Of a stretch of DNA of 64,000 nucleotides, positions 22,750 to 37,058 are shown piece after piece. Made by a program: the position numbers and the translations under genes. The stretch lies in the NCBI GenBank assembly GCA_051294375.1, contig CM119266.1:7271431-7335430 (forward strand), written 5' to 3'. The DNA comes from Paraspadella gotoi. Lineage: Eukaryota; Animalia; Chaetognatha. Positions within the stretch are counted from its first letter, which is position 1; each line of letters starts with the position of its first letter. The notes below the pieces were generated by a model. The model made no database searches, was not told where the DNA came from, and worked only from the letters and a program-made list of their open reading frames with translations.

Positions 22750-23539
22750 ACTGCACATATACGCACCTCTTCACCTGTTTTATTTTAAAGGATTTTATCA
22801 TCTCGAAACATGAACCTCCGATGTATAAAAAAAAAAAAAAAACATTTTTGTATTGTTTTACAATAATCTGTTTCTTTTCCTCAGACAAAGATATTGCATT
22901 CATGTTTGAGCGATTTTAATAAATGGTTTTTTGACATTTTATAAGCGTTAATCGAATAGTTAAATGAAAAAAAAATTTTAGTTTACTTTTTTAATATTAG
23001 GTAAAAAATCCTTTACTATTTTTACTATTTTACTATTTTACTAAAATAGTACATTCACTAGTTCAATCTTCGGTGAAGTTTTTTTTTCTGCTTCTATGGG
23101 CATAAACGCTTTCATACTTAAATTTTAGTAATTACTATGAAACAATACGGAATTGATAAACCAATATAAAATTTTCCATTATTTAATGAATAAGCTAGTC
23201 GATCTCCCGACTTAAGCTCAATCCCCTCTTATAAGTTTTAGGAGTTTTAAAAACATACCTAGTTTCTCAGTATTTCAAGTGGTTTAGAATACCTATTTTA
23301 TGAGTTGTGGGAATTGTGAAATTACGGAAAATAATTATTTCAATCAGAGGCAAGAATAGCTTGTTTATGAAATGAAGTAGATACTTTTATATTGGTTTGT
23401 ACTAATTTTAATTACCTTTTTTGAAAATGCTGATTTAATTTCCAAAATATACAAAAAGACTAATTTTTTCAATTTACGTATTTTAGGTTAAAATTTCAGG
23501 ACAAATTAAACTAATTATTCCATTATATTTTTATTACTG

Positions 23540-24068
23540 GACTATGTTCAGCGTATTTTTTCGGTTATGAATGATTAATAGATTGAATTTTTATGGCAGA
23601 AACTTTGTTACTTTCTGGAAAAAATAACGACCGTCATAGTTGTATTACTTCCCTGAATGAGACGGATGAGGTCAGTAAGCAATTTATCAACTAATCTTTT
23701 ATATTTTTTCTCAGTTAAGTTCCTAGTTTTAGTTGTTTATTTCTAAAAAAATGTTTAACAGAACTTGATAGCAAACAGAATTTTATTTCTGAATAATTCC
23801 AAAACAAATTTTTTTATGATAATACTCTTCAAAACAGTATGACTCGACCCTCAACAACCTGGCGTGACTCTGCTTCCACAATTCTTTGAAGACCCTACGC
23901 ACCCGTCGACGCTCCATTCGAGATCCTCGAGATTTTGCGCCATCGCCTTCTTCCCGAACACGCCCAACACGTTGTCCGAGCCCGGCGCGTGAAAGCGATC
24001 ATGGCGAAGATCAGGATGATGGGGCTGAAAAACAACTTATGGGATGTTTATGAACAACATGTTTTTAA
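23540..24068 (+). pseudogene. 5'-truncated paralog of the CmcJ/NvfI-type oxygenase (last two exons), left-arm copy
   Basis: Indel-ridden mirror of 36522-37058. Confidence 0.7.
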
Positions 24069-25183
24069 GCCAAATGCAACTTATCTAATTGAGTATACGC
24101 TTAACAGTTAAAGCCTTTCTACATTGATCCACTTTTTTACGTATTTGTATTTATGGGCCACATTACCGCGTCTTTTATTCTTCATAGTTTTAGAATTTCC
24201 TTTTAAGGCGGCGCTAGCAGTCCCTAGATTTGAGGTTTTCCTGTAGATAACAAATGAGCAAACCAACTATTGGCGCGTTATGAGCATTTTAATACGCAAG
24301 GAAGACCAACTGCCCACCTACCGACCCGAAAAGTAACTGAACTAAAAAACGAACCCCACTTTCAATTAGCCTCATGTATGAAATCAAATACGTTCATGTA
24401 TATTTTTAGCTTGATTTCTTGCAGCAATCCCGGCTCAATAATTCACTTTTGTTGGTTCGTCGTCCATTCCATAAATCTTATCGGTAAATAATTCAGAACA
24501 TATCAGAACATCAGTTTGATCAAATTAAGCAACAAAAAAAAGTCCGTCAATATATCCATTGTACTTCCTCCTTCGCTTTGACGCCAATTACTCATAGTAG
24601 ATTTATTGTAGAATCATAGAATCGTCAAATGGAAATAGTTAAATCTAGAAAAAACAAAAAAAATTGTGCTTAAGCTATTTTATTTTGCCTGTGTATTGCC
24701 CGTTTTTGCCTGTTATGCCTGTTATAGGAAATGTAAATTTCATGTTGCAACAAATACTACAACACACAACTACCCCACAAACAGCCACAAAAACTACCAT
24801 GACCATCAAAAAACCATAACGACCATAATCTGCTTTTATCACAAGAATTAAACAAATACCACATAAAAAAAAAACTATGAATATTGGTTGGTAATTTTAT
24901 TAAATTAAAACAAGAATTCTAGGTGTAATCTTATTTTATCAGTTCGATTACTGCAATACCGCTAAATGCTCAAACATGTTTTTTTTTCTATCACTTTGTT
25001 TTTTTAACTTTATTGTGTTTAATTTTCTTATAGGATCAGCTTAACTCCGAACAAATTTTATTGAATATGTTAAATATGAAAATTTTACAATACTTATTTT
25101 TATTATTTATCATAATTATTGAGTTTTAGATTTTAGAGAACTGCGATTTCATACTCTCTACAATTATCGTTTATTGTTAAAAA

Positions 25184-27220
25184 ATGGCTTGATTTTGTAA
25201 AAGCCAAGCTTGAGTACATCGGATCCAAATGGCCTAAACCTTACATTTATGGATTTTTAAAGAAGGAAGATGACGCTATAGCAATCGGAGACACTCAGTT
25301 GTTAAGTGCAGTTAAACTCTTCTTCGTTAAGATGAGTTAACAAACCCTTTTTTTCTCCTTTTTTTCACTGTAAACTTTGGATTAGAGGCAGCGCAATAAA
25401 AAAGATTACCTTTAAAATTTTATTTGATTCGAAGAACTCTAAAATTACTATTAATTTCTAAAAAAAAACGTTAAATTTAATCTCCCCAATTTTTTGTTGG
25501 GCCCTTAAAAAATTCTTTCATTTTGCCAATTGTGATCTTTAGTTTTCGTTGCAGTAATTTTTAGCGGAAAAGAATTTAATTTAATTAATATAATATAAGT
25601 CTAAAAAGAGAAGTTTTGTCGCTGTTTTAGGGAAGTCAATATTTCCGCAATGGCAGATATCATGACGAGCTCTCGATCACGAATCTTCAAAACTCGTGCA
25701 AGCTTTTGCAACTTCATTGAAGAAAATGATTGACGTTTTCAATCAACAAAAGAATTATTGACGTTTATCACAAGAGATTGAGGATTTATGCAAAAAAGTG
25801 ACTGGCGCTGAGGTTGTCAAGATGTTTTAGACACGTCGCAGAAATGTTAAAGAGTTGCGAAGGAGTCCAGACTGTGGCTCAAGTCTCGGGTAAAAGCCAA
25901 AATCGGTATTTGCTGAAAATTGTCTTTTTATTTCTTTTGATTTCGTTTAAATTATTTAATTCGGTTATTTATTATTTTTAAATTAAAAGTCACTAGGTCA
26001 CATGTGTTTTTTATGTCTACTATTTCTTATGAAGCAAATTAATAATGAACACAGAAGTATTTGGTAAATTTGTTTGTAACAATAAATAGCATACTTAAGA
26101 GTAAATAAGCATTGATAAAGCTCAAAAGAAAAATAAGACTAACAGATACATTTTCTTTCAGGGCAAGCCAATATTTCTATTTTTTTTCTTTGTTTACTTA
26201 GGATATTTCTTCCGCGCGTCCACTGCGAGCAGACTAACTCCAGAGAAAATGCTGAGGGCCTTCTTTGCATCCTGTCTCCGCGGACTCGATCCTCGATTCG
26301 TCGCGGAAGATTCGTCTTCAATCAATGCTTGGAGGAACATTAAAGAAGAGCGCGCTTCAAAGAACATCGCATTTTATGCTTTTTGGATGCGAAATCACTT
26401 TCGGCAGGAATCGGATCCCGAGGTAAAAGATTTTTTTGTAGAAATGGTTTAAACTATAAGTTTGTATTGTATTGTATATTTAATTTAAAAAATTGAAACC
26501 TTTGAAAGCCTATGGCTAGGATTTGTTCAGCACAGAAGATGAAAGAAGATGGAAAAGAATTAAGGGTACAAATACAAATACTATTTAGGTTTTTTTTTTG
26601 CATTAACTAGTTTTGTAGGTAGCCTAATGAGGAAAATTAGAATTTAAGCGTGTTTAATAAACAATATATAAGAATGATTTTTTTTTCTTTACACACATGG
26701 ACTAATCATCGCGTGCATGACTTTATGGTCACAGAAGATGGAATCGAGATGGAGTTTTAATCCATGAAAACTTTCACTTTGCGAGAAAAAAGATAATCGT
26801 CATTTTTGGGTATTATTTTTCCGCAGTATGACCAAAAGATGAGGTAAATATTTGTTATGATCTAAAAGTATTCATAGCTTTATTTTGTCATTATTTAACA
26901 AACGTTATTAAGTAATGGAATTTAACTGATTTTTTTTATAGCTAGGTCTTTCAAGCAAGTACGATCGACCTTCAACAACCGGCTCGAACTCTGCTTTCCA
27001 GCAATTCATTTGAAGACCCTAACGCACCCGTCGACGCTTTTCTCGGCTCGAGAATCCCTTCGAGATTCGCGCCATCGCCTTCTTTTCCGAAACACGTGCC
27101 CACAACACGGTCCGAGTCCCTGGGCGCGTGAAGAGCATCATGGCGAAGAGTTGCAAGGATGATGGGGCTTGAGGGATCGGGTGGCGCGGCTGATGAAGAA
27201 TATCGTTGTGCGGACAATGA
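25184..27220 (+). CDS. CmcJ/NvfI/AsaB-like Fe(II)/2OG-dependent oxygenase, left-arm copy (many indels)
   Basis: Mirror of 33435-35404. Confidence 0.75.
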
Positions 27221-28044
27221 TTTTGTTTTTGTACAATGGCTTGTGATTCTTAATATTGAAAACTCTTTTGTACAGTGATTTTTGGATTTAATTAAGGTTG
27301 GGAAATGTATGAATGTATACAGTAAAATGTTTTAATTTAAAAGAATCTAACATAGGTCATAATAAGGACAAAATAGATTACTACAACAGCCGGATGCACC
27401 GACTAATAGCAGGACGCGTATTGGTGGGCTGGCCTGCGGCGCCACGATCAATGCCAGCTCAAATGAACAGCCAAATGGAATATGATTAAGTGAATATATA
27501 TAACTGAATCGTGTTAATATTAAGTAATCAGGGCAGGAGTGGTATCCCGAGAGCTTTTACCTCCATTAATTTGGACTTAACTATATTATCAATTGAATTC
27601 CAATTAACTGGAATAAGAAAGCTTTGTGATTGAGTGGGTCCTTAAAGGAATTTTTTGATGAAGGGGCAAGAGCAGGCAAAAAAAGCTATGAGGACAATCA
27701 TATAGACTTTTGTAATGTTAGCATTTCTGATAAATTTAAATAATATAAGATTTTATAAAAACTTGTCTTGAAGTGGTTTAATTCTTCAAATTTTTTAAGT
27801 ATAACATCGTTGAATGAATTCAATAGGTTAGGAACATAAACTGCTCTTGTTTCCCATGGCCAAGTTCGATTTGTTTACTTGTCGCCAAGGTTCTTTCGGA
27901 GAAAGAAATGGTCTCCTTTTAAAATCTGTTGAATTTCGTACGCGAATAAAAACTGTGTTTTTATAACTAACTAGCTTTTAATATAAAATTGCATTTAGAC
28001 TTTGCGGTATTTGGTGTAGTTTTCATAAAGCTTGCGGCGCCCGA

Positions 28045-30218
28045 ATGTTCTTCGTCGCTTCCGGCGTCGCCGATCGACGGGCGTCGTCCACTGCGGGCGC
28101 GCTCGTTCCGTGGATCCGTGTCTCGGCGCCGGAAGAAGAGACGCGGCCGGCGTCGTTTGCACGTTTTGCCGTCGGAGTGGCGTTGAGTGACGTCAGGTGG
28201 TACGTAACTAAGAATGCGACACTCCGCGCAGGGATGGGGTTATTTCGTTGGATGATCAGTTGTTGACTTTTTGGTTTTGTTTTGTTTTATTAGATTTTTT
28301 TTTTTATTATTACAAGGTAATTTATTATCTAGGTAATTCCTTCTATATTCTCTAAAGTTTTAATTCTAATTTCTGCTAACCACAATCTAAAATTCGAAAG
28401 TCCATGTGTATCTATTTGGTGAACCAAAACAATTTTACAGTCATTAATTCTTTTTTAAATTCATTGATTTTCAATGACGACGAAATCAGTGCCCGATTCC
28501 ATTCTTGCTTCCGATTGCCATCTGCAAATATTATTTTTCGACTTTCTTAAAGAAAAAAGTCAAATCGTTTATTGCATAATTGCTGGTATATTTTTACGGT
28601 GGGACCAACTCGTTTGTAATTTCCAGTAATCAGCTCAAGCTGCCCTCGAGTGAGGAACTTTTCCAAAAGACGCGAAAGACAAAATGATTCGAAGAAAACA
28701 AAAGGAAATCGTGAAGGATGACAGCGGGTAATGTATTGTATTGTATATGTAATGTATATATATATGTACTAATTGAATTCTGTCGAATTCAAATCAAAAC
28801 GACGAAATAATTTAAATTGATAAAAAGTGAGCAATTCAAACTGTCGTACGAATCCACTCTATGAGATGAACAATGGAGTACAGTCATAATCGATAAATAA
28901 AGTATACAATAAATAATCATATAATCAATTAAATAACGCCAATTAAGTTATATTTTTTCAGGTCACATTATTCAATCGTACAACAATTAAAATAATGCAA
29001 TCTAAAGAAATCAATGCAATCATAATCAATCAAGCCTGCGCCGAGGTATCTCGTCTCCCCGCCGGATCCGCCCGCCGCCGCCTCCCGCCTCGGCCGGACT
29101 GGTCCACCGCCTCAAGGTCAACCTCTCCTTCCAGGGTCTCCACGATCGATTCCAGCGCGAGATTCTTAGATGATCCCTCAAGGTCCGCGTCGACAGACGT
29201 CGTCGTCTTGGTTCTCGTGGGAAACGACATTCAGAAGGAGTTGAGGGGTTGCGAGTTTGGAGGTGAGAGGAGAAGAGAGAAGAGAGAAGAGAGAGAGAGA
29301 GGAGAGAGGAGAGAGAGAGAGAGAGAGAGAGAAGAAAGAAAGACAAGAAGACGAACCCAGACACCCTGCCAGTCATCCCCTTCACATCCACGCTCCAAGA
29401 TGGCCAAGAGCCTCCACTTGGGCCGCAACATCCTGGGAGAGCTTCAAGCATCTCCCCAAGTGTCCCGTCGTCGAGGAATCAATTTGGACGAGAATCACGA
29501 TGAGAATCACGGACGGAGCCAAAGGTGAAGATAAGATGAGGCATTTGTCCCTTTTTTTTTTTTTTTTTTGATTCTCTTAGAGTTACTTTTTTGTCCTCTT
29601 ACTTTATAGTAAAATTCTTTTCATGTTTTCTCCGTTCTCTTTCTGTAAGAAAGTTGCTGTTGCCTTGTTGTCAATTATAATAAAACTTGATTCTTGCTTC
29701 CTTCTCAAACAGGATCGACTGGGCGCCTGTTCCTCCTCCACCGCCCTGGTCACTCAGCGGAAATCTCTCACGTTCGAATCAGTTATCGTTTCCAGGTCAG
29801 AATTTGTTGGTTGGGTCAGATTACGTTTTATAGGCTATATATTGTTGGTTATATAATATATATATTAGTATTTAGATTATTGTGGTATTACTGAGTTTTT
29901 TGTCAGAAGAAGTTGTTTTAATAAACCATGAACAATTGAAAAAAAGTTAGTCCCCAGAAGTATTTAGCAAGAATGAGAAGAAGAAAATTATGATAATTGA
30001 TATTGAAAACTTGGTAAAAATCTTGATTTACGGCTTTCTTTAAATAATTATTTATTAGATTTATTTAATTATTATCTCATCTAACATTTTATTTTTCAAA
30101 GGATCTCAAGAGATTTCGTCCTTGAAAATTGCTCGCGGAGTCCGCCAACTTCCAGAAGACGACGACGACAACAACGACGGACAACGAAGACGAGCCAGGA
30201 AGATGTATCATTTGTTGA
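28045..30218 (+). CDS. Leucine-rich repeat protein with LRRcap, acidic tail and CaaX (CIIC*), left-arm copy
   Basis: Six exons; mirror of 30576-32660. Confidence 0.7.
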
Positions 30219-30270
30219 TCTAAGTTTGAAAAAATGTTATGCCCTCGCCTCTCTTCTCTCCTCTCTCTCT

Positions 30271-30325
<55 letters not shown>

Positions 30326-30575
30326 ATGTTCGCTCTCACGTAATCACATTTGACCCACTTTGTATTCGTGGATATTGATTTTTAGAGGTTTCGGCTTTAC
30401 AAATCATAAAATTACAATTGTGAAGAACAAATTAAAAATACGAATTCTCGCGTACTTTTCGGAGGGCGACGTCGAATGCGCGACCCGTGAGGCTAGAANN
30501 NNNNNNNNNNNNNNNNNNNNNNNAGAGAGAGAGAGAGAGAGAGAGGCGAGGCATAACATTTTATTCAAACTTAGA

Positions 30576-30893
30576 TCAACAAATGATACATCTTCCCCGG
30601 TCGTCTTCGTTGTCGTCGTTGTTGTCGTCGTCGTCTTCTGGAAGTTTGGCGACTCCGTCGAGAATTTTTAAGGACGAAATCTCTTTGAAGATCCTTTGAA
30701 AGATAAAATGTTAGATGAGGATAATAATTAAATAAATTAATTAATAATTATTAAGAAAGCCGTAAATCAAGATTACCAAGTTTTCAATATAAATCATATT
30801 TTTTTTTCTCATTCTTGTAAATACTTCTGGAGACTAAATTTTTATCAATTGTTCATGTTTATTAAACAACTTCTGACAAAAAACTAGATATAA

Positions 30894-30925
<32 letters not shown>

Positions 30926-31410
30926 ACCAAAATATATAGCCTATAAAACGTAATCTGACCCAACCACAAATTCTGACCTGAAACGATAACCTGATTCGAA
31001 CGTGAGAGGATTTCCGCTGAGTGACAGGCGGTGGAGGGAGGAACAGGCGCCCAGTCGATCCTGTTGAGAAGGAACATAATTATAATTGACAAAAGGAGAT
31101 AGCTACTTTCTTACAGAAAGAGAACGGAGAAAAACAGAAAAGAATTTACTACGTATAAAGTAAGAGGAAAAAAATGTAACCTAAGAGAATCAAAAAAAAA
31201 AAAAAAAAGGAAATGCTCATCTTTATCTTCACCTTTGCTCCGTCGTGATTCATCACGTGATTCTCGTCCAAATTGATTTCCTCGACGACGGGACACTTGG
31301 GGAGATGCTTGAAGCTCTCCAGGATGTTGCGGCCCAAGTGGAGGCTCTTGCATCTTGGAGGTGGATGTGAGAAGGGGATGACTGGCAGGGTGTCTGGGTC
31401 TGTCCGTCTT

Positions 31411-31481
<71 letters not shown>

Positions 31482-32660
31482 CTCCTCTCTCAGCCCCACT
31501 CGCAACCCCTCAACTCCTTCTGAATGTCGTTTCCACGAGAACCAAGACGACGACGTTGTCGAGCGACTTTGACGATTCTAGAAAATCTCCGCCGCTGGAA
31601 TCGATCGTGGAGACCCTGGAAGGAGAGGTTGACCTTGGAGGCGGTGGACCAGTTGGCGAGGCGGGAGGCGGCGGCGGGGCGGTACGGCGGGGAGACGAGA
31701 TACTCGGCGGAGGCTTGATTGATTTATTGATTGATTGATTTCTTAGATTGATTTTTAATTGTTTGTATGATTGAATAATGTGATTGAAAAATTAATAATT
31801 GGGTTATTTAATTGATTTATTGATTATTTATTGATATATTTATTTATCGATTAATGATGTACTCATTGTTCATCTCAATAGAGTGGATTGTACGACAGTT
31901 TGAATTGCTCACTTTTTATAATTAATTATTTCGTCGTTTGATTGATTGACGAATTCAATTAGTACATATATATATACATACATATACAATACATATACAA
32001 TTACCCGTGTCATCCTTCACGATTTCCTTTTGTTTTTTCGATCTTTTGTCTTTCGCGTCTTTTGGAAAAGTTCTCACTCGAGGGCAGTTGAGTTGACTGG
32101 AAATTACAAACGAGTTGGTCCCACCGTAAAAATATACAGCAATTATGCAATATAACGATTTGACTTTTTTTCTTTAAGAAAGTCGAAAAATAATATTTGC
32201 AGATGGAATCGGAAGCAAGAATGGAATCGGGATGTTCGTCTCGGATGAAATCAATGATATAAAAAAGATGTAATGACTGTAAAATTGTTTTGGTTCACAA
32301 ATAGATACGAATGGATTTCGAATTTTAGATTGTGGTTAGAGAAATTAGAATTAAAACTTTAAGAGAATATAGAATGAATTCCTAGATAATAAATTACCTA
32401 GTAAATTAATAAAAAAAAAAATCAATAAAACAAAACAAAACAAAAGTCAACAATGATCAATCCAACGAAATAACCCACCTGGCGGTGAGTGTCGCATTCT
32501 TGAGTTCGTACCACCTGACGTCACTCAACGCCTCCGACGGCAAAACCGGCAAACGACGCCGGGTCTCTTCTTCCGGCGCCGAGACACGGATCCACGGAAC
32601 GAGCGGCGCCGCAGTGGACGACGCCGTCGAATCGGCGACGCCGGAAGCGACGAGAGACAT
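30576..32660 (-). CDS. Leucine-rich repeat protein with LRRcap, acidic tail and CaaX (CIIC*)
   Basis: Spliced reading ASKVNLSFQGL..., CKSLHLGRNILESFKHLPKCPVVEEINLDENHV, LHRLSLSGNPLTFESGYRFR|IFKEISSLKILDG (U2A'/SDS22-type cap), then DDDDNNDDNEDDRGRCIIC*. Confidence 0.8.
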
Positions 32661-33434
32661 CGGGCGCCGCAAGCTTTTATGAAAACTAAGCCAAATACCG
32701 AAGTCTTAAATGCAATTTTATATTAAAGTAGTTAGTTATAAAAACAAGTTTTTATTCGGTAGAAATTAACAGAGTTTTAAAGGATACCATTTCTTTCTCG
32801 GAAAGAATCCTTGGCGACAAGTAAACAAAATCGAACTCTGGCCATTGGGAAACAAAGGAGCAGTTTGTATTCTAACCTATTGAATTCATTAAGAGTTAAT
32901 ATCTTAAAAAAATGAAGAATTAAACCATCAAGACAAGTTTTTAAAAATCTATATTATTTAAATTACTCAGAAATGTAAATTACAAAAGTCTATATGATTG
33001 TCCTCATAGCTTTTGTTGCCTGCTCTTGCCCCCTTCATCAAAAAAATTCCTTTAAGGACACTCAATCTAAAAGCTTTTTATTCAAGTTAATTGGAATTCA
33101 ATGATAATACTAGTTAAGTCCAAATTAATGGAGGTAAAGTCTCGGGATCCACTCCTGCCCTATTACTTAATATAAACGATACAGTTATATATATTCACTT
33201 AATCATATTCCATTTGGCTGTTCATTGAGCTGGATTGATCGTGGCCCGCAGGCCCAGCCCACAATACCGTCCTGCTATAGTGGTGCATCGGCTGTTGTGA
33301 AGTAATCTATTTTGTGTTATTATTTGATTTATGGTAGGTATACATTATACAATTCCCAACCTTAATTAAAACCAAAAATCACTGTACAAAAGAGTTTCAA
33401 TATTAAGAAATACAAGCATTGTACAAAAACAAAA

Positions 33435-35404
33435 TCATTGTCCGACGACGATATTCTTCATCAGCCGCGCCACCCGATCCCTCAGCCCCATCATCCTGAT
33501 CTTCGCCATGATCGCTTTCACGCGCCAGGGACTCGGACACGTGTTGGGCACGTGTTCGGGAAAGAAGGCGATGGCGCGAATCTCGAGGGATTCTCGAAGC
33601 GGAGCGTCGACGGGTGCGTTAGGGTCTTCAAATGAATTGTGGAAGCAGAGTCGAGCCGGTTGTTGAAGGTCGGAGTCGTACTGCTTGAAAAGTACTAGCT
33701 ATAAAAAAATCAGTAAATTCATTACTTAATAAGTTTTGCTAAATAATGACAAAATAAGCTATGAATATTTTAGATCATAACAAATATTTACCTCATCTTT
33801 GGTCATATGAGGAAAAAAATACCACAAATGACGATTACTGTTTTTCTCGCAAAGTGTAAAGTTTTCATGGATAAAAACTCCATCGATTTCCATCTCGTGA
33901 CCATAAAAGTCATGACGGATGTAGTCCTATGTGTGTAAAAGAAAAAAAAATATATCTATATATTTTTATTAAACACGGCTTTATATTCTATTTTCCTCAT
34001 TAGCTACCTACAAAACTAGTTAATGCAAAAAAAAACCTAAATAGTATTTGTATTTGTACCCTTAATTTCTTTCCATCTTCTTCACTCTCATGTGCTGAAC
34101 AAATTCCTAGCCATAGGCTTTTCAAGGTTTCAATTTGTTAAATTAAATATACAATACAATACAAACTTATAGTTTGAAACCATTTCTACAAAAAAATCTT
34201 TACCTCGGATCCGATTCCTGCCGAAAGTGATTTCGCATCCAAAAAGCATAAATGGTGGTTCTGAAGCGGCTCTTCTTTAATGTTCCTCCAAGCATTGATG
34301 AAGACGAATCTTCCGCGACCGAATCGAGGATCGAGTCCGCGGAGACAGGATGCAAAGAAGGCCTCAGCATTTTCTGGAGTTGTGTCGCAGTGGACGCGGG
34401 AAGAATATCCTAAGTAAACAAGAAAAAAAATAGAAATATGGATTGCTAAAAAAAATGGTATCTGTTAGTCTTATTTTTTCTTTTAGCTTTATCAATGTTA
34501 TTTACTCTTAAGTATTGCTATTTATGTTACAAACAAATTTACCAAAATAGCTTCTGTGTTCATTATTAATTTGTTCATAAGAAATAGTAGACATAAAAAA
34601 CACATTTGGACCTTAGTGACTTTATTTAAAAAAAATAATAAATAACCGAATTAAAATAATTTAAACGAAATAAAAGAAAATAAAAAGACAATTTTCAGAA
34701 TACCGATTTGGCCTTTTACCCGAGACTTGAGCACAGTCTGGACTCCTTCGCAACTCTTTAACATTTCTGCGACGGTGATTAAAGCATCTGACAACCTCAG
34801 CGCCAGTCACTTTTTTGATACAATCCTCAATCTCTTTGTGATAAACGTCAATAATTCTTTGTTGATTGAAACGCAATTCATTTTCTTTCAATGAAGTTGG
34901 AAAGTTGACGAGTTGAAAAGATTCGTGATCGAGAGTCGGTTCATGATATCTGCCATTGCGAATATTGACTTCCTAAAAAGGACAAAACTTCTTTTAGATT
35001 ATATTATATTAATTAAATTAAATCTTTTCCGCTAAACATTACTGCAACGAAAACTAAAGGATCACACATTGGCAAAATGAAATAATTTTTTAAGGCCCAA
35101 CAAAAAATTTGGGGAATTAAATTTTAAGTTTTTTTTTAGAAATTTAAATAGTAAATTTTATGAGCTTTTCGAATCAAATAAATATTTTAAAGGTATTTTT
35201 TTATTGCGCTGCTTCATATCCAAAGTTTACAGTGAAAAGGAGAAGAGTTTAACTCACTTTAACAAGAAGAGTTTAACTCACCTTAACAACTGGAGTTCCT
35301 CCCATTGCTATAGCGTCATCTCCTTTCTTTAAAAATCCATAAATGTAAGGTTTAGGCCCATTTGGATCGATGTACTCAAGCTTGGCTTTTACAAAATCAG
35401 CCAT
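33435..35404 (-). CDS. CmcJ/NvfI/AsaB-like non-heme Fe(II)/2-oxoglutarate-dependent oxygenase, intron-containing (5-6 exons)
   Basis: MADFVKAKLEYIDPNGPKPYIY...|EVNIRNGR...LDHESFQL...YHKEIEDCIKKVTGAEVVRCFNHRRR|...RVHCD...FINAWRNI...PLQNHHLCFLDAKS|...HLWYFFPHMTKDE|LVLFKQYDSD...CFHNSFEDPNAPVDAPLRESLEIRAIAFF. This gives HxD...H plus the family's WR, W.YF..M..DE.L.FK.YDS and RES.E.R motifs. Confidence 0.85.
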
Positions 35405-36521
35405 TTTTAACCAAATAAAACGAATAATTGTAGAAGAGTATGAGAATCGCAGTTCTAAATCTAAAACTCAATTAATTATTGATAAAATAATAAAAATAAG
35501 TATTGTAAAATTTTCATATTTAACATATTCAATAAAATATTTGTTCGGAGTTAAGCTGATCACTATAGAAAATTAAAACACAATAAAGTTAAAAAAACAA
35601 AGTGAGGTCACTTATAGCAAAAAACATGTTTGAGCATTTAGCGGTATGCAGCTAATCGGATGATAAAATAAGATTAACCTAGAATTTCTTGTTTTATTTA
35701 ATAAAATTTACCAACAATATTCATAGTTTTTTTTATGTGGTATTTGTTTTAATTCTTGTGATAAAGCAGATTATGGTCGTTATGGTTTTTATGATGGTCA
35801 TGGTAGTTTTTGTGGCTGTTGTGGGGTAGTTGTGGTTGTAGTATTTGTTGCAACATGAATTTACATTTCATATAACAGGCATAACAGGCAAAACGGGCAT
35901 AACAGGCAAAATTAAATAGTTAAGCACAATTTTTGTTTTTTCTAATTTAACTCATTTCCATTTGGACGATTCTATGATTCTACGATATCTACTCATGAGT
36001 AATTGGCGCTCAAAGCGAAGGAGGAAAGTACAATGGATATATGGACGGACATTTTTTTTTGTTGCTTAATTTATCAAACTCGATGTTCTGATATGTTCTG
36101 AATTATTTACCGACAAGATTTATGGGATGGACCAACGAACCAACAAAGTGAATTATTGAGCCGGGATTTGCTGCAAGTAAATCAAGCTAAAAATATACAT
36201 GAACGTAATTTGATTTCATACATGAGGCTAATTGAAGTGGGGGTTCGTTTTTAGTCAAGTTACTTTTCGGTCGGTATGTTGGGCAGTTGGTCTGTCCTTG
36301 CGTTTAAAATGCTCATAACGCGCCAATAGTTGGTTGCTCATTTGTTATTACAGGAAAAACCTCAAATCTAAGGGACTGCTAGCGCCGCCTTAAGGAAATT
36401 CTAAAACTATGAAGAATAAAAGACGCGGTATGTGCCATAAATACAAATATGTAAAAAAGTGATCAATGTATGAAAGGCTTTAACTGTTAAGCGTATACTC
36501 AATTAGATAAGTGCATTTGCT

Positions 36522-37058
36522 TTAAAAAATGTTGTTCATCATCTCCATAAGTTGTTTTTTCAGCCCCATCATCCTGATCTTCGCCATGATCGCTTTCACG
36601 CGCCAGGGACTCGGACACGTGTTGGGCACGTGTTCGGGAAAGAAGGCGATGGCGCGAATCTCGAGGGATTCTCGAAGCGGAGCGTCGACGGGTGCGTTAG
36701 GGTCTTCAAAGGAATTGTGGAAGCAGAGTCGAGCCGGTTGTTGAGGGTCGGAGTCATACTGTTTGAAGAGTATTATCTATAAAAAAATTAGTTTTGGAAT
36801 TATTCAGAAATAAAATTTGTTTTGCTATCAGTTCTGATTAAATTTTTTTTAGAATAAACAACTAAAACTATGAACTTAACTGAGAAAAATATAAAAGATT
36901 TAGTTGATAAATTGCTTACTGACCTCATCCGTCCTCAATTCAGGGAAGTAATACCACTTATGACGGTCGTTATTTTTTCTAGAAAGTACAAAATTTTCTG
37001 CCATAAAAACTTCATCTATTCTCATTTCATAACCGAAAAAATACGCTGAGACATAGTC
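36522..37058 (-). pseudogene. 5'-truncated tandem paralog of the oxygenase (last two exons)
   Basis: HKWYYFPELRTDE|IILFKQYDSDPQQPARLCFHNSFEDP...MMGLKKQLMEMMNNIF*; no exon carrying the HxD motif was found upstream. Confidence 0.75.
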
